Notes: a model not told the origin generated them from the letters alone. 64,000 nucleotides of DNA from Candidatus Krumholzibacteriia bacterium (GCA_050174015.1 JBFXKG010000005.1:32001-96000); one strand, 5' to 3'; shown: positions 46,661 to 56,583, numbered from the stretch's first letter. A program made the numbers and translations.

Positions 46661-48347
46661 CCGCCGCAGGCGGCTGCTGCCGGCGGGAGCGCTGGCGGTC
46701 CTGCTGCTGGGGCCGGTCCCCGGAACCCTCGCCGACGCCGGCGACCTCCGGGACGGTCCGGTGGCCTGGTATGCCGACGACCGGGGTCCCATTCCGGTTC
46801 CGGCCTTCACCGAGCCCGGGCTGGTGCCCTATTCGGTCACCTCGTTTCTGCACCGGCCGTTCTCGCGGTTCTGGCACCCCGGCCGGGCGCTGCGCCGCCT
46901 GGGCGATGACGGCCCGGCCGGGCCGGCGGGCGACGTCAACGCGCTGGACGAGGTCCTGGACAGCGCGTGGTTCACCAACCGCATCGGCCTGGGCCCCCTC
47001 GCCGACGAGGAACTCGTCCAGGGGCCGGCCTTCGGGACGGAACTCGTCGGCGGGCCCGACCGCAGCGAGCCCTGGGTCATCATCGGCGCCAAGACCGCCG
47101 GCGTCACGCCGGGGTTCCGCATCCGGGACGCCCGGGGCGACGTTTGGCGGCTCAAGTTCGATCCGCCGGAACATCCGGGCATGACCATCCGGGCCGGTGT
47201 GGTGTCCAACCTCGTCTTCCACGCCCTGGGGTACAACGTGCCCGTGGACCAGCTCGTGGTCTTCGGTCGCGAAGACCTGACGGTGGGCGAGGGCGCCGAG
47301 ATCAAGCTGCCGCGGGGGCCGGCCCTGCCCCTGACGACGGCGAACCTCGACTCCATCCTGGCGGCCACCCGTTCGGTGTTCCCCGACGGATACCACGCCC
47401 TGGCCAGCCGCTACCTGGACGGCCGGGTCCTCGGCCCGTTCGACGACGAGGGCCGCCGTCCCGACGATCCCAACGACCGGGTCGATCACCAGGACCTGCG
47501 CGTCCTGCGCGCCCTGAAGGTCTTCGCGGCCTGGCTGAACCACTTCGACACCAAGCGCCACAACACGCTGGACGTCTACGAGGGCGAACCGGGCCAGGGC
47601 TTCGTCCGCCATTACCTCATCGATTTCGCCAGCACCCTGGGCGCCTTCGGCGACGAGCCGGTCAAACGGTTCGGGTACGAGTTCGGGGTGGACGTCTTCC
47701 CCATCCTGGGCCGGTGGCTCACCCTGGGGCTGGTCGAGGATCCCTGGGTGGCCCTGGAGCGCCCCCGGGATGCGCAGGGCAGGATCCTGGACGAGGTCGG
47801 CCTGTTCGACGTGGAGACCTTCGAACCGGAGGCCTGGAAACCCGACCTGCCCCACAGCGCCATGGCGAACCTCGATCGCCGGGACGGCTACTGGGCGGCC
47901 AAGCTGGTCTCGTCGTTCACAAACCGCCAGCTGGAACTGCTGGTGGACCGGGGCGGCTATCAGGATCCCGAGGCCGCCGCCTACCTGACGGCCACCCTGG
48001 CCGGACGCCGGGACCGGATCGCATCCTACTGGTTCGGCAGGGTGGCCCCTCTGGACTTCTTCCGTGCGGAAGCCGGATCGGTCACGTTCTCCGATCTGGG
48101 AGTCGAACGGGGATACGCGGACCCGGGGACGACCACCTACCGGTTCCGGACCGGGCAGGCGAGCCCTGACCGCGAGACGGCCGGCTGGTCGGCCTGGACG
48201 GAGTCCGCGGGGACGTCGATCCCCTGCGAGGTTCCGGACGAGGGGTTCATCGCGGTGGAGGTTCAGGTCGACCGCTGCGACCGCAGGGTGGGAACGGTCC
48301 GGATCTATCTGGGGGCTTCGGGGCGCGTCGTCGCGCTGGAGAGGTAG
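46632..48347 (+). CDS. Exported hypothetical protein with protein-kinase-like (HipA/CotH/PI3K-like) motifs
   Basis: N-terminal signal peptide, Gly-containing loop 'GAKTAGVTPG', beta3 Lys 'WRLKFD', catalytic loop 'NHFDTKRHN' (DxKxxN), Mg-binding 'LIDFAS'. Confidence 0.65.
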   Translation: MARIRPKPADRRRRLLPAGALAVLLLGPVPGTLADAGDLRDGPVAWYADDRGPIPVPAFTEPGLVPYSVTSFLHRPFSRFWHPGRALRRLGDDGPAGPAGDVNALDEVLDSAWFTNRIGLGPLADEELVQGPAFGTELVGGPDRSEPWVIIGAKTAGVTPGFRIRDARGDVWRLKFDPPEHPGMTIRAGVVSNLVFHALGYNVPVDQLVVFGREDLTVGEGAEIKLPRGPALPLTTANLDSILAATRSVFPDGYHALASRYLDGRVLGPFDDEGRRPDDPNDRVDHQDLRVLRALKVFAAWLNHFDTKRHNTLDVYEGEPGQGFVRHYLIDFASTLGAFGDEPVKRFGYEFGVDVFPILGRWLTLGLVEDPWVALERPRDAQGRILDEVGLFDVETFEPEAWKPDLPHSAMANLDRRDGYWAAKLVSSFTNRQLELLVDRGGYQDPEAAAYLTATLAGRRDRIASYWFGRVAPLDFFRAEAGSVTFSDLGVERGYADPGTTTYRFRTGQASPDRETAGWSAWTESAGTSIPCEVPDEGFIAVEVQVDRCDRRVGTVRIYLGASGRVVALER

Positions 48348-48355
48348 GGGGCAGC

Positions 48356-49750
48356 ATGACGACCGCCGGATCGGCCGCCAGGGGCAAGGGCAGCCTCCTC
48401 GACAGGGTTCTGCTGGCCTTCGCGCCGGTGAGGGCGGGCGAAGGCGGTCTGGTGCTCCTGATGGCCGTGAACGTCTTCCTGCTGCTGACTTCCTACTACA
48501 TCATCAAGCCCGTGAGGGAGGCGCTGATCCTCGCGGACTGGGGCGCGGAGATCAAGATCTACGCCTCCGCCGGCCAGGCCCTGCTGCTGGTCGGGATCGT
48601 CCCGCTGTACAGCCGTCTCGCCGGTCTGATGACCAGCCGGCGGCTCATCACCACCGTGCTGGCCTTCTTCGCCGCCTGCCTGGGCCTGTTCTACCTGCTG
48701 GCGCGGGCGGGTCTGCCGGTGGGCATCGCCTTCTACCTTTGGGTGGGGGTCTTCAACCTGATGGTCGTGGCCCAGTTCTGGTCCTTCGCCAACGACGTCT
48801 ACACCCCGGAGGCCGGCAAGCGGCTGTTCGCCATCATCGGGTTCGGGATGTCCTCGGGGGCGGTGTTCGGCAGCTTCATCACCGGCAGGCTCATCGAGCC
48901 GCTGGGCGTCCAGCAGCTCCTTCTGCTGGCGGGGGCCATCCTGCTGGTCAGCCTGGGCCTGACCCGCTGGTCGGACACCCTGGCGCGCCGCAACCCCGAT
49001 CCCGGCGGCCCGCAGCCTGCCGTGGAGCCGGATGCCCCCCTCAAGGGCCGCGGCGGCTTCGGCCTGGTGTTCGGGAACCGGTACCTGCTGATGATCGGGG
49101 TCATGCTGATCCTGGCCAACCTGGTCAACACCACGGGCGAGTACATCCTGGGCGCCCGGGTCAAGGCCGACCAGGAGGCCGCACTGGAGGCGGTCGTCCG
49201 GGCGCCGGGAATGAGCGATGAGGCCCATGCCGCCGCGGTGGCGGAACGTTCGGTTCGGGTGGGCAAGGCCATCGGCGGTTTCTATGCCGACTTCTTCGGG
49301 ATCGTCAACCTGGTCAGCATGCTGACCCAGCTGTTCCTGGTGGCCCGCCTGGTGGCCTGGATCGGCGTGAGGCGGGCGGTGGCCGTCCTGCCCCTGGTGG
49401 CCATGGGCGGCTACGCCGTGATCGCCCTGGTGCCGGCCCTGGCGGCGGCCCGCTGGGCCAAGACCGCCGAGAACGCCACCGACTACTCGCTGCAGAACAC
49501 CGTCCGCAACATGCTGTTCCTGCCCACGAACCGTCAGGAGAAGTACAAGGCCAAGCAGGCCATCGACACCTTCTTCGTCCGGGTGGGCGACGTCCTGGCC
49601 GCCCTCCTCGTCCTCGGCGGCACCTCGGTCCTCCACCTGTCGCCGAGGAGCTTCGCGGGGATCAACATCGTCCTGGCTTCCGCCTGGTTGATCCTGGCCC
49701 TGGCCATAGGCCGCCGCTTCGCGGACCTCGCGAAGACACGCTCGAACTGA
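48356..49750 (+). CDS. NTT/TLC (Npt1/Npt2-like) ATP/ADP nucleotide translocase
   Basis: About 12 TM helices, 'YYIIKPVRE', 'QFWSFANDVYTPEAGKRLF', 'DYSLQNTVRNMLFLP..RQEKYKAKQAIDTFFVRVGD'. Confidence 0.85.
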   Translation: MTTAGSAARGKGSLLDRVLLAFAPVRAGEGGLVLLMAVNVFLLLTSYYIIKPVREALILADWGAEIKIYASAGQALLLVGIVPLYSRLAGLMTSRRLITTVLAFFAACLGLFYLLARAGLPVGIAFYLWVGVFNLMVVAQFWSFANDVYTPEAGKRLFAIIGFGMSSGAVFGSFITGRLIEPLGVQQLLLLAGAILLVSLGLTRWSDTLARRNPDPGGPQPAVEPDAPLKGRGGFGLVFGNRYLLMIGVMLILANLVNTTGEYILGARVKADQEAALEAVVRAPGMSDEAHAAAVAERSVRVGKAIGGFYADFFGIVNLVSMLTQLFLVARLVAWIGVRRAVAVLPLVAMGGYAVIALVPALAAARWAKTAENATDYSLQNTVRNMLFLPTNRQEKYKAKQAIDTFFVRVGDVLAALLVLGGTSVLHLSPRSFAGINIVLASAWLILALAIGRRFADLAKTRSN

Positions 49751-49789
49751 CCACTCCTCTTCCCCCCCTCGCTCCGCCAACCGAGCCGG

Positions 49790-49804
49790 TGGCATGCATG
49801 TTGC
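49790..49804 (+). promoter_or_regulatory. Putative sigma54 promoter upstream of che operon
   Basis: TGGCAT-GCATG-TTGC, a near-consensus -24/-12 element. Confidence 0.55.
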
Positions 49805-50078
49805 CCGCCGTCCTATAAGGAAATCCCTAAAGCCGGTGGTTCCCGGTGCGAAAATGAGGGTGACCATCAAGGAATGGAAGCCGGTCAATTGAAGTAAAAA
49901 GCATTGTCGATAAATAAATTGGACCGGCATCGGGACCGGCGCGACCAAAACGGGCAGGGCGCGGGCAGGGTTTGGCGCCGGACGGTGAGGGAATCACGGC
50001 AGAACTCCGTGGCCAGATTCCAACCGGTGGCTGCCCTGGAGAAAGCCAGACTGGTTTCCGACCCAAAGGATGGACTGA

Positions 50079-52874
50079 ATGGACATTTCTCAAGTTCTCG
50101 ATCGGGTTGAAAAAATCAGCCAGACCCTGGTGATGGCCGATCCTGGGGATCCCGACCTCCCGACGAACCTGGCCGAAAGCTTCGGCGAATTGTCGGCGGT
50201 CCTGATGGAGATGGGCCGGGACCGCGAGGCGGATGCCTGCCGCCAGGCGGCCGGCGCGGCCGTGGGGATGGCTCCAGGGACGCCTGATTTCCCCCAGATC
50301 ATCGAATTCCTGGGAGAGATGATCAACGCCCTGCTTTCCTGCCTGAGCGGCGATTGTCGTGCTGACGACGGGTTCTTCCCGGACCCGGACGCGATCGACC
50401 GGGCCGGAGAATCGGCGCCCGTGCGGGGGGCTCCCGCCTCCTGCCCCGTGGCCGAGACCGGAGAACTGGCGGACGAGGCGATCCTGGGTGAGTTCCTCTC
50501 CCGGCAGGCCGACACCCTGATCGACGTGGAGAAGGAACTCCTGAACATGGAGGCTTCGGGGGGAGCGGGAGACACCGAAGGCATCCTGCGCTACCTGCAC
50601 ACCCTCAAGGGCGAGTCCGCCCTGCTGGGCCTCACCGACGTCTCCGACCTCTGCCACGCCACCGAGGACCTCATCCAGAACGAGGGTTTCGCCGCCTGCA
50701 TCGACCGTCTCCTGGACATCAAGGACTGGCTCATCGCCCGTTTCCGGCACATGGTCGAGGGTGGGGATGCTCCCCCGCCGGCCAGGGATTTCTGGGCGGC
50801 CCTGAACCATCCGCAGCCGGCCGCAGGCGGGGAATCCGCGGGCGCCGAGGAGGAACCGGCGGCGTCGGAATCCGCCGAACCGGTCGCCCCGATCACCCTC
50901 GACGAGGCTCCCCCGGTCCAGGTGCCGGATTACACCGGGAAGAACCTGCTCGAAGGCGACGTGGATCTCATCCAGGATTTCGTGGAGGAGGCCCACGAGC
51001 ACCTCAACGCCTCCGAGGGCCATCTGCTGACCCTGGAGGCGGATCCCCGGGAGACCGAGGCGCTCAACGCCGTCTTCCGGGCCTTCCACACCATCAAGGG
51101 ACTGGCTGGGTTCATCGAACTGGACCACGTCAGGGACATGGCCCACAAGGCGGAGAACCTGCTGGACATGGCCCGCCGCCAGGAGATCGCCCTGGTGGGC
51201 GGGAACATGGACCTGGTGTTCGAGTCGGTCGACATGATGAAGCGGTTGATCGAGGGGGTCACCGCGGCGATGGGGGCGGACGGACACCTGGAGACCGTGG
51301 AGACCCTGCCGACCCTCATGGGCCGGCTGGTCGCGGTCACCGAACCCGGCTTGGATGCGGCGGCCCGGGCGCAGGCCCCGGCCCCGGAACCCGAGCCGGA
51401 ACCGGTGCAGGCTGCCGCGCCCGCGGCGCCGAAGACCAGCGGATTCATCCCCCTGGGCAACATGAAGAAACCCAAGGCGACGGCCACCGTGGACAAGGCT
51501 CCGGCGGGCATGGCTCCGGCGGGGGCCGGGATCCCGACCGCGGCGGCGGCGGAGGCCCCGGATGCCCCGAATGCGCCAGGCGACGATGCGCCCAGGGCGG
51601 GGGCCGCCAAGGCGCCGGTCAAGATGAAGGAAGCGGTTCGGGTCGATGCCGACCGCCTCGACCGCCTGATCGAGACCATCGGCGAGCTGGTCATCGCCGA
51701 GTCCATGGTCAGCCAGTCCGGGGAGCTCCAGGGCAAGCTGTCGGTCAAGCTGGCCAAGGATCTCGATCACCTGGACAAGATCTGCAGGGAGCTGCAGGAG
51801 ATCGGCATGTCCCTGCGCATGGTGCCGGTCAAACCGGTGTTCCAGAAGATGGCCCGCCTGGTCCGGGACCTGTCCAAGAAGCAGGGACGGCAGGTGGAAT
51901 TCGTCATGAGCGGCGAGGACACCGAGCTCGACAAGAACGTGGTGGACAAGATCGGCGATCCCCTGGTGCACATGGTCCGCAACGCGGTGGATCACGGCAT
52001 CGAGGCCGACCCCGGGGACCGCGTGGCCGCCGGCAAGCCCGAGCGCGGCCTGGTCCAGCTGCGGTCCTACCACAAGGGCGGCAACATCTGCATCGAGATC
52101 GAGGACGACGGCAGGGGGCTGGACAAGGATGCCATCCAGGCCAAGGCCATCAGCCGCGGCCTGATCCGCGAAGGGGAGTCCCTGACCGACCGGGAGATCT
52201 TCAACCTCATCTTCGAGCCGGGCTTCTCCACGGCAAAGCAGGTCACCGAGATCTCGGGTCGCGGGGTGGGGATGGACGTCGTGCGCCGCGGCATCGAGGA
52301 ACTGAGGGGGACGGTCGACATCAGCTCGACTCCGGGCAAGGGCTCGGTCTTCAGCATCCGGCTGCCCCTGACCCTGGCCATCATCGAGGGCATGGTGGTG
52401 ATGGTCGGCGGGGAGCATTTCATCATCCCGACCCTGACCGTGGTCCGGCTGATCCGGCCCAGGCCCCAGGACATCACCTACGTGTTCGACCGCGGCGAGA
52501 TGCTGGCTTTCGAGGGCCAGCTCCTGCCCCTGTTCCGGTTGAGCAACCTGTTCAGCGTGAGCGAGGTGCGGGAGCGTCCCGAAGACGCGGTCGTCGTGGT
52601 GGTCGAGGATGAGGGTCGCAAGATCGGCCTGCTGGCCGACGAATTGCTGGGCCAGCAGTCCATCGTGATCAAGAGCCTCGGCGAAAGGCTCCAGGGAACC
52701 GATGGGGTGGCCGGAGGGGCGATCATGTCCGACGGCAACGTGGCCCTGATCCTGGACATCGCCGGGATCGTGCGGGTGGCTCACGCGGTGGATACGACCC
52801 GCCGCCCGGGGCACCCCGCTGCGGCGGTTCTGGAAGCGGCGGCCCCGGCTCCCGAGGTTGTCCCGGCCGTCTAG
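50079..52874 (+). CDS. cheA: Chemotaxis histidine kinase CheA with two Hpt domains
   Basis: Hpt1 'LHTLKGES', Hpt2 'FHTIKGLAG', dimerisation 'VRVDADRLDRL', HATPase 'HMVRNAVDHG', 'DDGRG', 'SGRGVGMDVV', and C-terminal CheW domain. Confidence 0.95.
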   Translation: MDISQVLDRVEKISQTLVMADPGDPDLPTNLAESFGELSAVLMEMGRDREADACRQAAGAAVGMAPGTPDFPQIIEFLGEMINALLSCLSGDCRADDGFFPDPDAIDRAGESAPVRGAPASCPVAETGELADEAILGEFLSRQADTLIDVEKELLNMEASGGAGDTEGILRYLHTLKGESALLGLTDVSDLCHATEDLIQNEGFAACIDRLLDIKDWLIARFRHMVEGGDAPPPARDFWAALNHPQPAAGGESAGAEEEPAASESAEPVAPITLDEAPPVQVPDYTGKNLLEGDVDLIQDFVEEAHEHLNASEGHLLTLEADPRETEALNAVFRAFHTIKGLAGFIELDHVRDMAHKAENLLDMARRQEIALVGGNMDLVFESVDMMKRLIEGVTAAMGADGHLETVETLPTLMGRLVAVTEPGLDAAARAQAPAPEPEPEPVQAAAPAAPKTSGFIPLGNMKKPKATATVDKAPAGMAPAGAGIPTAAAAEAPDAPNAPGDDAPRAGAAKAPVKMKEAVRVDADRLDRLIETIGELVIAESMVSQSGELQGKLSVKLAKDLDHLDKICRELQEIGMSLRMVPVKPVFQKMARLVRDLSKKQGRQVEFVMSGEDTELDKNVVDKIGDPLVHMVRNAVDHGIEADPGDRVAAGKPERGLVQLRSYHKGGNICIEIEDDGRGLDKDAIQAKAISRGLIREGESLTDREIFNLIFEPGFSTAKQVTEISGRGVGMDVVRRGIEELRGTVDISSTPGKGSVFSIRLPLTLAIIEGMVVMVGGEHFIIPTLTVVRLIRPRPQDITYVFDRGEMLAFEGQLLPLFRLSNLFSVSEVRERPEDAVVVVVEDEGRKIGLLADELLGQQSIVIKSLGERLQGTDGVAGGAIMSDGNVALILDIAGIVRVAHAVDTTRRPGHPAAAVLEAAAPAPEVVPAV

Positions 52875-52942
52875 TCGCGAGGGGATCGAACCGGGAACAT
52901 CCCCGGATTTGAACGGGCGCGGAGGCGCCGAATCGGAGGTTC

Positions 52943-53446
52943 ATGATGGCAGTCGAGAGCGCAGTCGCCAGGATCGCCCAGGCGGGAAAGTACCTGTCGT
53001 TCAAGCTGGGCGGCGAGGAGTACGGGCTGGAGATCCTCAAGGTCCAGGAGATCAACGGGATGATGGGGATCACCAGGGTGCCCCGGACTCCGGAATTCGT
53101 GCGGGGCGTCATCAACCTCAGGGGCCGGGTGATCCCCATCGTGAGTCTGAGGTCCAAGTTCCGCATGCCCCAGATCGAGGACACGGAGAAGACCTGCATC
53201 ATCGTGGTCCAGGTCCGGCACGGCGACTCGGAGATCACCATGGGCATCATCGTGGACGAGGTCTCCGAGGTCCTGAACATCTCCGAGAGCCAGATCGAAG
53301 GCCCGCCCAGCTTCGGCGGTGGCATGGAGGACGCGAACTACATCACGGGCATGGGCAAGCTCGATGACCATGTGGTCATCCTGCTGGATCTGGACGCCGT
53401 GCTCAGCGGTGAGGACATGGAAGGCATCGCCCAGGTCGCCCAGTAG
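52943..53446 (+). CDS. cheW: Chemotaxis adaptor CheW
   Basis: 'KYLSFKL..EEYG', 'GVINLRGRVIP', 'GIIVDEVSEV'. Confidence 0.95.
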   Translation: MMAVESAVARIAQAGKYLSFKLGGEEYGLEILKVQEINGMMGITRVPRTPEFVRGVINLRGRVIPIVSLRSKFRMPQIEDTEKTCIIVVQVRHGDSEITMGIIVDEVSEVLNISESQIEGPPSFGGGMEDANYITGMGKLDDHVVILLDLDAVLSGEDMEGIAQVAQ

Positions 53447-53472
53447 GGGCGGAGGGCGCCAATGCGAAGAGG

Positions 53473-54360
53473 ATGGGCGTGATTCTAACGGGTGGGAACC
53501 GGCCGGCAATGGGGCATTCGGGGGTGGCGATCCGGGGCATCGACCCGCGCCAGTTCGAGTTCATCAGGAACCGGCTCTACGAGCAGACCGGGATCGTGTT
53601 GACCGGGCGCAAGCGGGCCCTGGTGGAGTCGCGCATCACCCAGCGTCTGCGGGTGCTGGGGCTGGAGGATTTCGCTTCCTACCTGGACTACCTGCGCCGG
53701 GACTCCGGCGGCGAGGAGCTCGTCCATCTCATCGATGTGATCTCGACCAACGTGACCCATTTCTTCCGGGAGGCCGACCACTTCCGGTTGATCAGGGGGC
53801 TCACGGAGCAATGGCTGGACCAGGGAGCGAACCGGCTCCGGTTCTGGTCGGCCGCCTGTTCCACCGGGGAGGAGCCCTATTCCCTGGCGATGGCGCTGCA
53901 GCCCTTCCTGGCCCGGGCCGGCACGGACATCAGGATCCTGGCCACGGACATCAGCACCAGGGTCCTGGCCCACGCCCGGGCGGGGGTCTTCGACGCCGAG
54001 AGGCTGGAAACGGTGCCCGAATCCCTGCGCCGGCGCCATTTCATAAGGGAGCCGGGGAGCGCGGGGGACCGCTACGCGGTCACCGAGGATCTCAAACGGC
54101 TGGTGATGTTCCACCGGCTCAACTTCACACGGATGCCATATCCCATCAGGGGTTCCTTCGATCTGATCATGTGCCGGAACGCCATGATCTACTTCGACAG
54201 GACGCTGCGCGAGAAGATGGTGGAGGAGTTCGCGCGATTGCTGAAACCGGGCGGTTTCCTGATGGTGGGACATGCGGAGACCCTCATCGGCATGGAGAAG
54301 TCCTTCAGGACGGTCCGCCCCTCCGTTTATCAACGCATCAGTACTGGAGAGAACGGTTGA
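53473..54360 (+). CDS. cheR: Chemotaxis methyltransferase CheR
   Basis: 'TNVTHFFRE', 'WSAACSTGEEPYSLAM', 'ATDIS', 'CRNAMIYFD', 'GHAE'. Confidence 0.95.
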   Translation: MGVILTGGNRPAMGHSGVAIRGIDPRQFEFIRNRLYEQTGIVLTGRKRALVESRITQRLRVLGLEDFASYLDYLRRDSGGEELVHLIDVISTNVTHFFREADHFRLIRGLTEQWLDQGANRLRFWSAACSTGEEPYSLAMALQPFLARAGTDIRILATDISTRVLAHARAGVFDAERLETVPESLRRRHFIREPGSAGDRYAVTEDLKRLVMFHRLNFTRMPYPIRGSFDLIMCRNAMIYFDRTLREKMVEEFARLLKPGGFLMVGHAETLIGMEKSFRTVRPSVYQRISTGENG

Positions 54361-54878
54361 GCACCTTGACGACAACCCAGAGGACGGTGGTCCGTCCCCG
54401 GCACACCCTCATGGTCGACATCAGCGACATGAAGTTGAGCCGGGATCCGGACGACGTCCTGGTGACCTACTCCCTGGGATCCTGCGTGGGCTTGACCCTG
54501 TACGATCCGGTGGCGGTGGTGGGGGGCATGATCCATTGCATGCTGCCCATGTCCAAGATCGATCCGGACAAGGCCAGGCTGAGGCCCTACATGTTCGTCG
54601 ACACCGGGGTGGCGGCCATGCTGGGCGAGCTCTACGCCATGGGGGCGCAGCGCCAGAACCTCATCGCCAAGGTGGCGGGAGCAGGTTCCCCGCTGGGTCG
54701 GGAGGAGACCTTCCGCATCGGCCAGCGCAACTACACCATCCTGCGCAAGTTTTTGTGGAAGAACAACATCCTCATCGACAAGGAGGATGTCGGGGGCAGC
54801 AAGGCCCGCACGCTCTACCTCTACATGGCCGACGGCCGCACCACGGTCAAGTCGGAGGGAAAGGAGGTGGAGTTGTGA
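54357..54878 (+). CDS. cheD: Chemoreceptor glutamine deamidase CheD
   Basis: 'TYSLGSCVG', 'GGMIHCMLP', 'IGQRN', 'EDVGG'. TTG start overlapping the cheR stop. Confidence 0.92.
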   Translation: MSTLTTTQRTVVRPRHTLMVDISDMKLSRDPDDVLVTYSLGSCVGLTLYDPVAVVGGMIHCMLPMSKIDPDKARLRPYMFVDTGVAAMLGELYAMGAQRQNLIAKVAGAGSPLGREETFRIGQRNYTILRKFLWKNNILIDKEDVGGSKARTLYLYMADGRTTVKSEGKEVEL

Positions 54879-55765
54879 CGGACAAGAAGATCATCCTGGC
54901 CAAGGTCAAGAACGTGCCCTCGTTGCCGTCGGTGGTCATCAAGCTGCGCCAGTACCTCAACGATCCGGACGTGAGCTTCGACCAGCTGGCCAAGGTCATC
55001 GAATACGATCCCGGTCTGACGGCGAACGTCCTGCAGCTGGCCAATTCCGCCTATTTCGGCTGGTCGCGCACGATCAGGACGGTCAAGGAGGCCATCACCC
55101 GGCTGGGCACCAACCGGATCTTCCAGATGGTGCTCTGCATGTCGGTGGCCCCCCTGGTCCGCAAGCCCATCCGGGGCTACGATCTCGATTCCACCGATCT
55201 GTGGGAGCATTCCATCGCAACGGCCATCTGCGCGGAGCAGCTGGCCCAGGCCCTCGCGCTCCGGGACGTCGAGGAGGCCTTCACCGCGGGCCTGCTGCAC
55301 GACATGGGCAAGATCGTGCTGGGGACCTTCATCGAGGTGGACGACGAGCCCATCAAGGAGATCGTCGAGAAGGACCACCTGTCCTTCAACGAGGCCGAGA
55401 TGATGGTGCTGGGCATCGATCACGCCGAGGTGGCCGGGGAGCTGCTGAAGGCCTGGAACCTGCCTGACGAGGTGGTCGCCGCGGCGCGCTGGCACCACGC
55501 GCCCAGCCGCTGCGGGGAGGAGCACCAGGTCATCTGCGACCTGATCCACGTGGCCGACGTGCTCTGCCTGAACATGGGGTGGGGGCTCGGGGTGGACGGC
55601 CTCCAGTACCGGTACGACGAACGGTCCGGGTCGAGGCTCGGCATGAAATCCCAGACCGCAGAGGCGGTCATGAGCCGGGTCATGCTCGGCGTCGATGACC
55701 TCAGGACCCTGTTCCAGCCAAAGAGAGAGGGTGAGCCAAATGGCGTTCAATATTCTCATCGTTGA
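54875..55765 (+). CDS. HDOD domain protein
   Basis: 'PSLPSV', 'DPGLTANVLQLANS', 'WEHS', 'AGLLHDMGK', 'DHAEVA', 'WHH'. GTGA overlap with cheD. Confidence 0.92.
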   Translation: MTDKKIILAKVKNVPSLPSVVIKLRQYLNDPDVSFDQLAKVIEYDPGLTANVLQLANSAYFGWSRTIRTVKEAITRLGTNRIFQMVLCMSVAPLVRKPIRGYDLDSTDLWEHSIATAICAEQLAQALALRDVEEAFTAGLLHDMGKIVLGTFIEVDDEPIKEIVEKDHLSFNEAEMMVLGIDHAEVAGELLKAWNLPDEVVAAARWHHAPSRCGEEHQVICDLIHVADVLCLNMGWGLGVDGLQYRYDERSGSRLGMKSQTAEAVMSRVMLGVDDLRTLFQPKREGEPNGVQYSHR

Positions 55766-56129
55766 CGACTCGGCCACGGTTCGGGCGGTCATCAGCAAGG
55801 CCCTGAAGCTCGCCGAGGTGCCCATCAACGAGCTCTACCAGGCCGGCAACGGCCGGGAAGCCCTGGACGCCCTTCAGAAGGGCTGGATCGACCTGGTGTT
55901 CTGCGACATCAGCATGCCCGTCATGGACGGGGAACAGCTTGTGGAGGCCATGAAGGCGAACGGGATGATCGAGACCATTCCGGTGGTGATCGTCTCTTCG
56001 GCCGGCAGCGAACCGCGGGTCGCCAGGCTCAGGGAAAACGGAGTGCGCGACTACATCCAGAAACCGTTCACTCCCGAACGGATCCGGGAAGTCGTGGACC
56101 AGGTCATGGGAGCGGTTGGACATGCATAG
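55740..56129 (+). CDS. cheY: CheY-like single-domain response regulator
   Basis: 'ILIVDDS', 'DISMPVMDG', 'KPF'. Confidence 0.85.
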   Translation: MAFNILIVDDSATVRAVISKALKLAEVPINELYQAGNGREALDALQKGWIDLVFCDISMPVMDGEQLVEAMKANGMIETIPVVIVSSAGSEPRVARLRENGVRDYIQKPFTPERIREVVDQVMGAVGHA

Positions 56130-56583
56130 CGACAAGCAGGACGCACTCTGCACCACCTTCCTCGAGGTGGTGGAGCACCTGACCTTCATGTTCGGGGAGA
56201 TCGTGCCCAAGCAGGAGATGCCGCTGGGCGGCAGGGATTTCACGCTGGCCAGGATGTCCTTCGCCGGCGACCTGGCGGGCAGACTGGCGGTGGCCGTCCC
56301 CGCGGACATCAAGGGGGAGATCACGGCCAACATCCTGGGCCTGGATCCGGACGACCTCCAGTGCCGGACCATGATGGACGACGCCCTGGCCGAGATGCTC
56401 AACGTGGTCTGCGGGCACGTCATCATGGCGCTCGCCGGCGCCGAGGCGGATTTCAAGCTGGTGACACCGGAAACCCTGGACCTCGCCCCGGAGAACGTGG
56501 CCTCCCTGGTGGACAGCGACGATTTCGTCGGATTCATGCTGGACGACAATCCGGTGTTCCTCGGCCTCAGTCTGGAGGATTGA
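56122..56583 (+). CDS. cheX: CheX-family phosphatase
   Basis: 'DDALAEMLNVVCG' (ExxN motif) in a CheC/CheX-sized protein. Confidence 0.8.
   Translation: MHSDKQDALCTTFLEVVEHLTFMFGEIVPKQEMPLGGRDFTLARMSFAGDLAGRLAVAVPADIKGEITANILGLDPDDLQCRTMMDDALAEMLNVVCGHVIMALAGAEADFKLVTPETLDLAPENVASLVDSDDFVGFMLDDNPVFLGLSLED

Noticed and set aside
49816..50078. c-di-GMP riboswitch or leader ORF before cheA
   Set aside because: No GGCAAA...GAAA...GACGCAAAGC core is visible, and the 68-aa ORF lacks an RBS and recognisable features.
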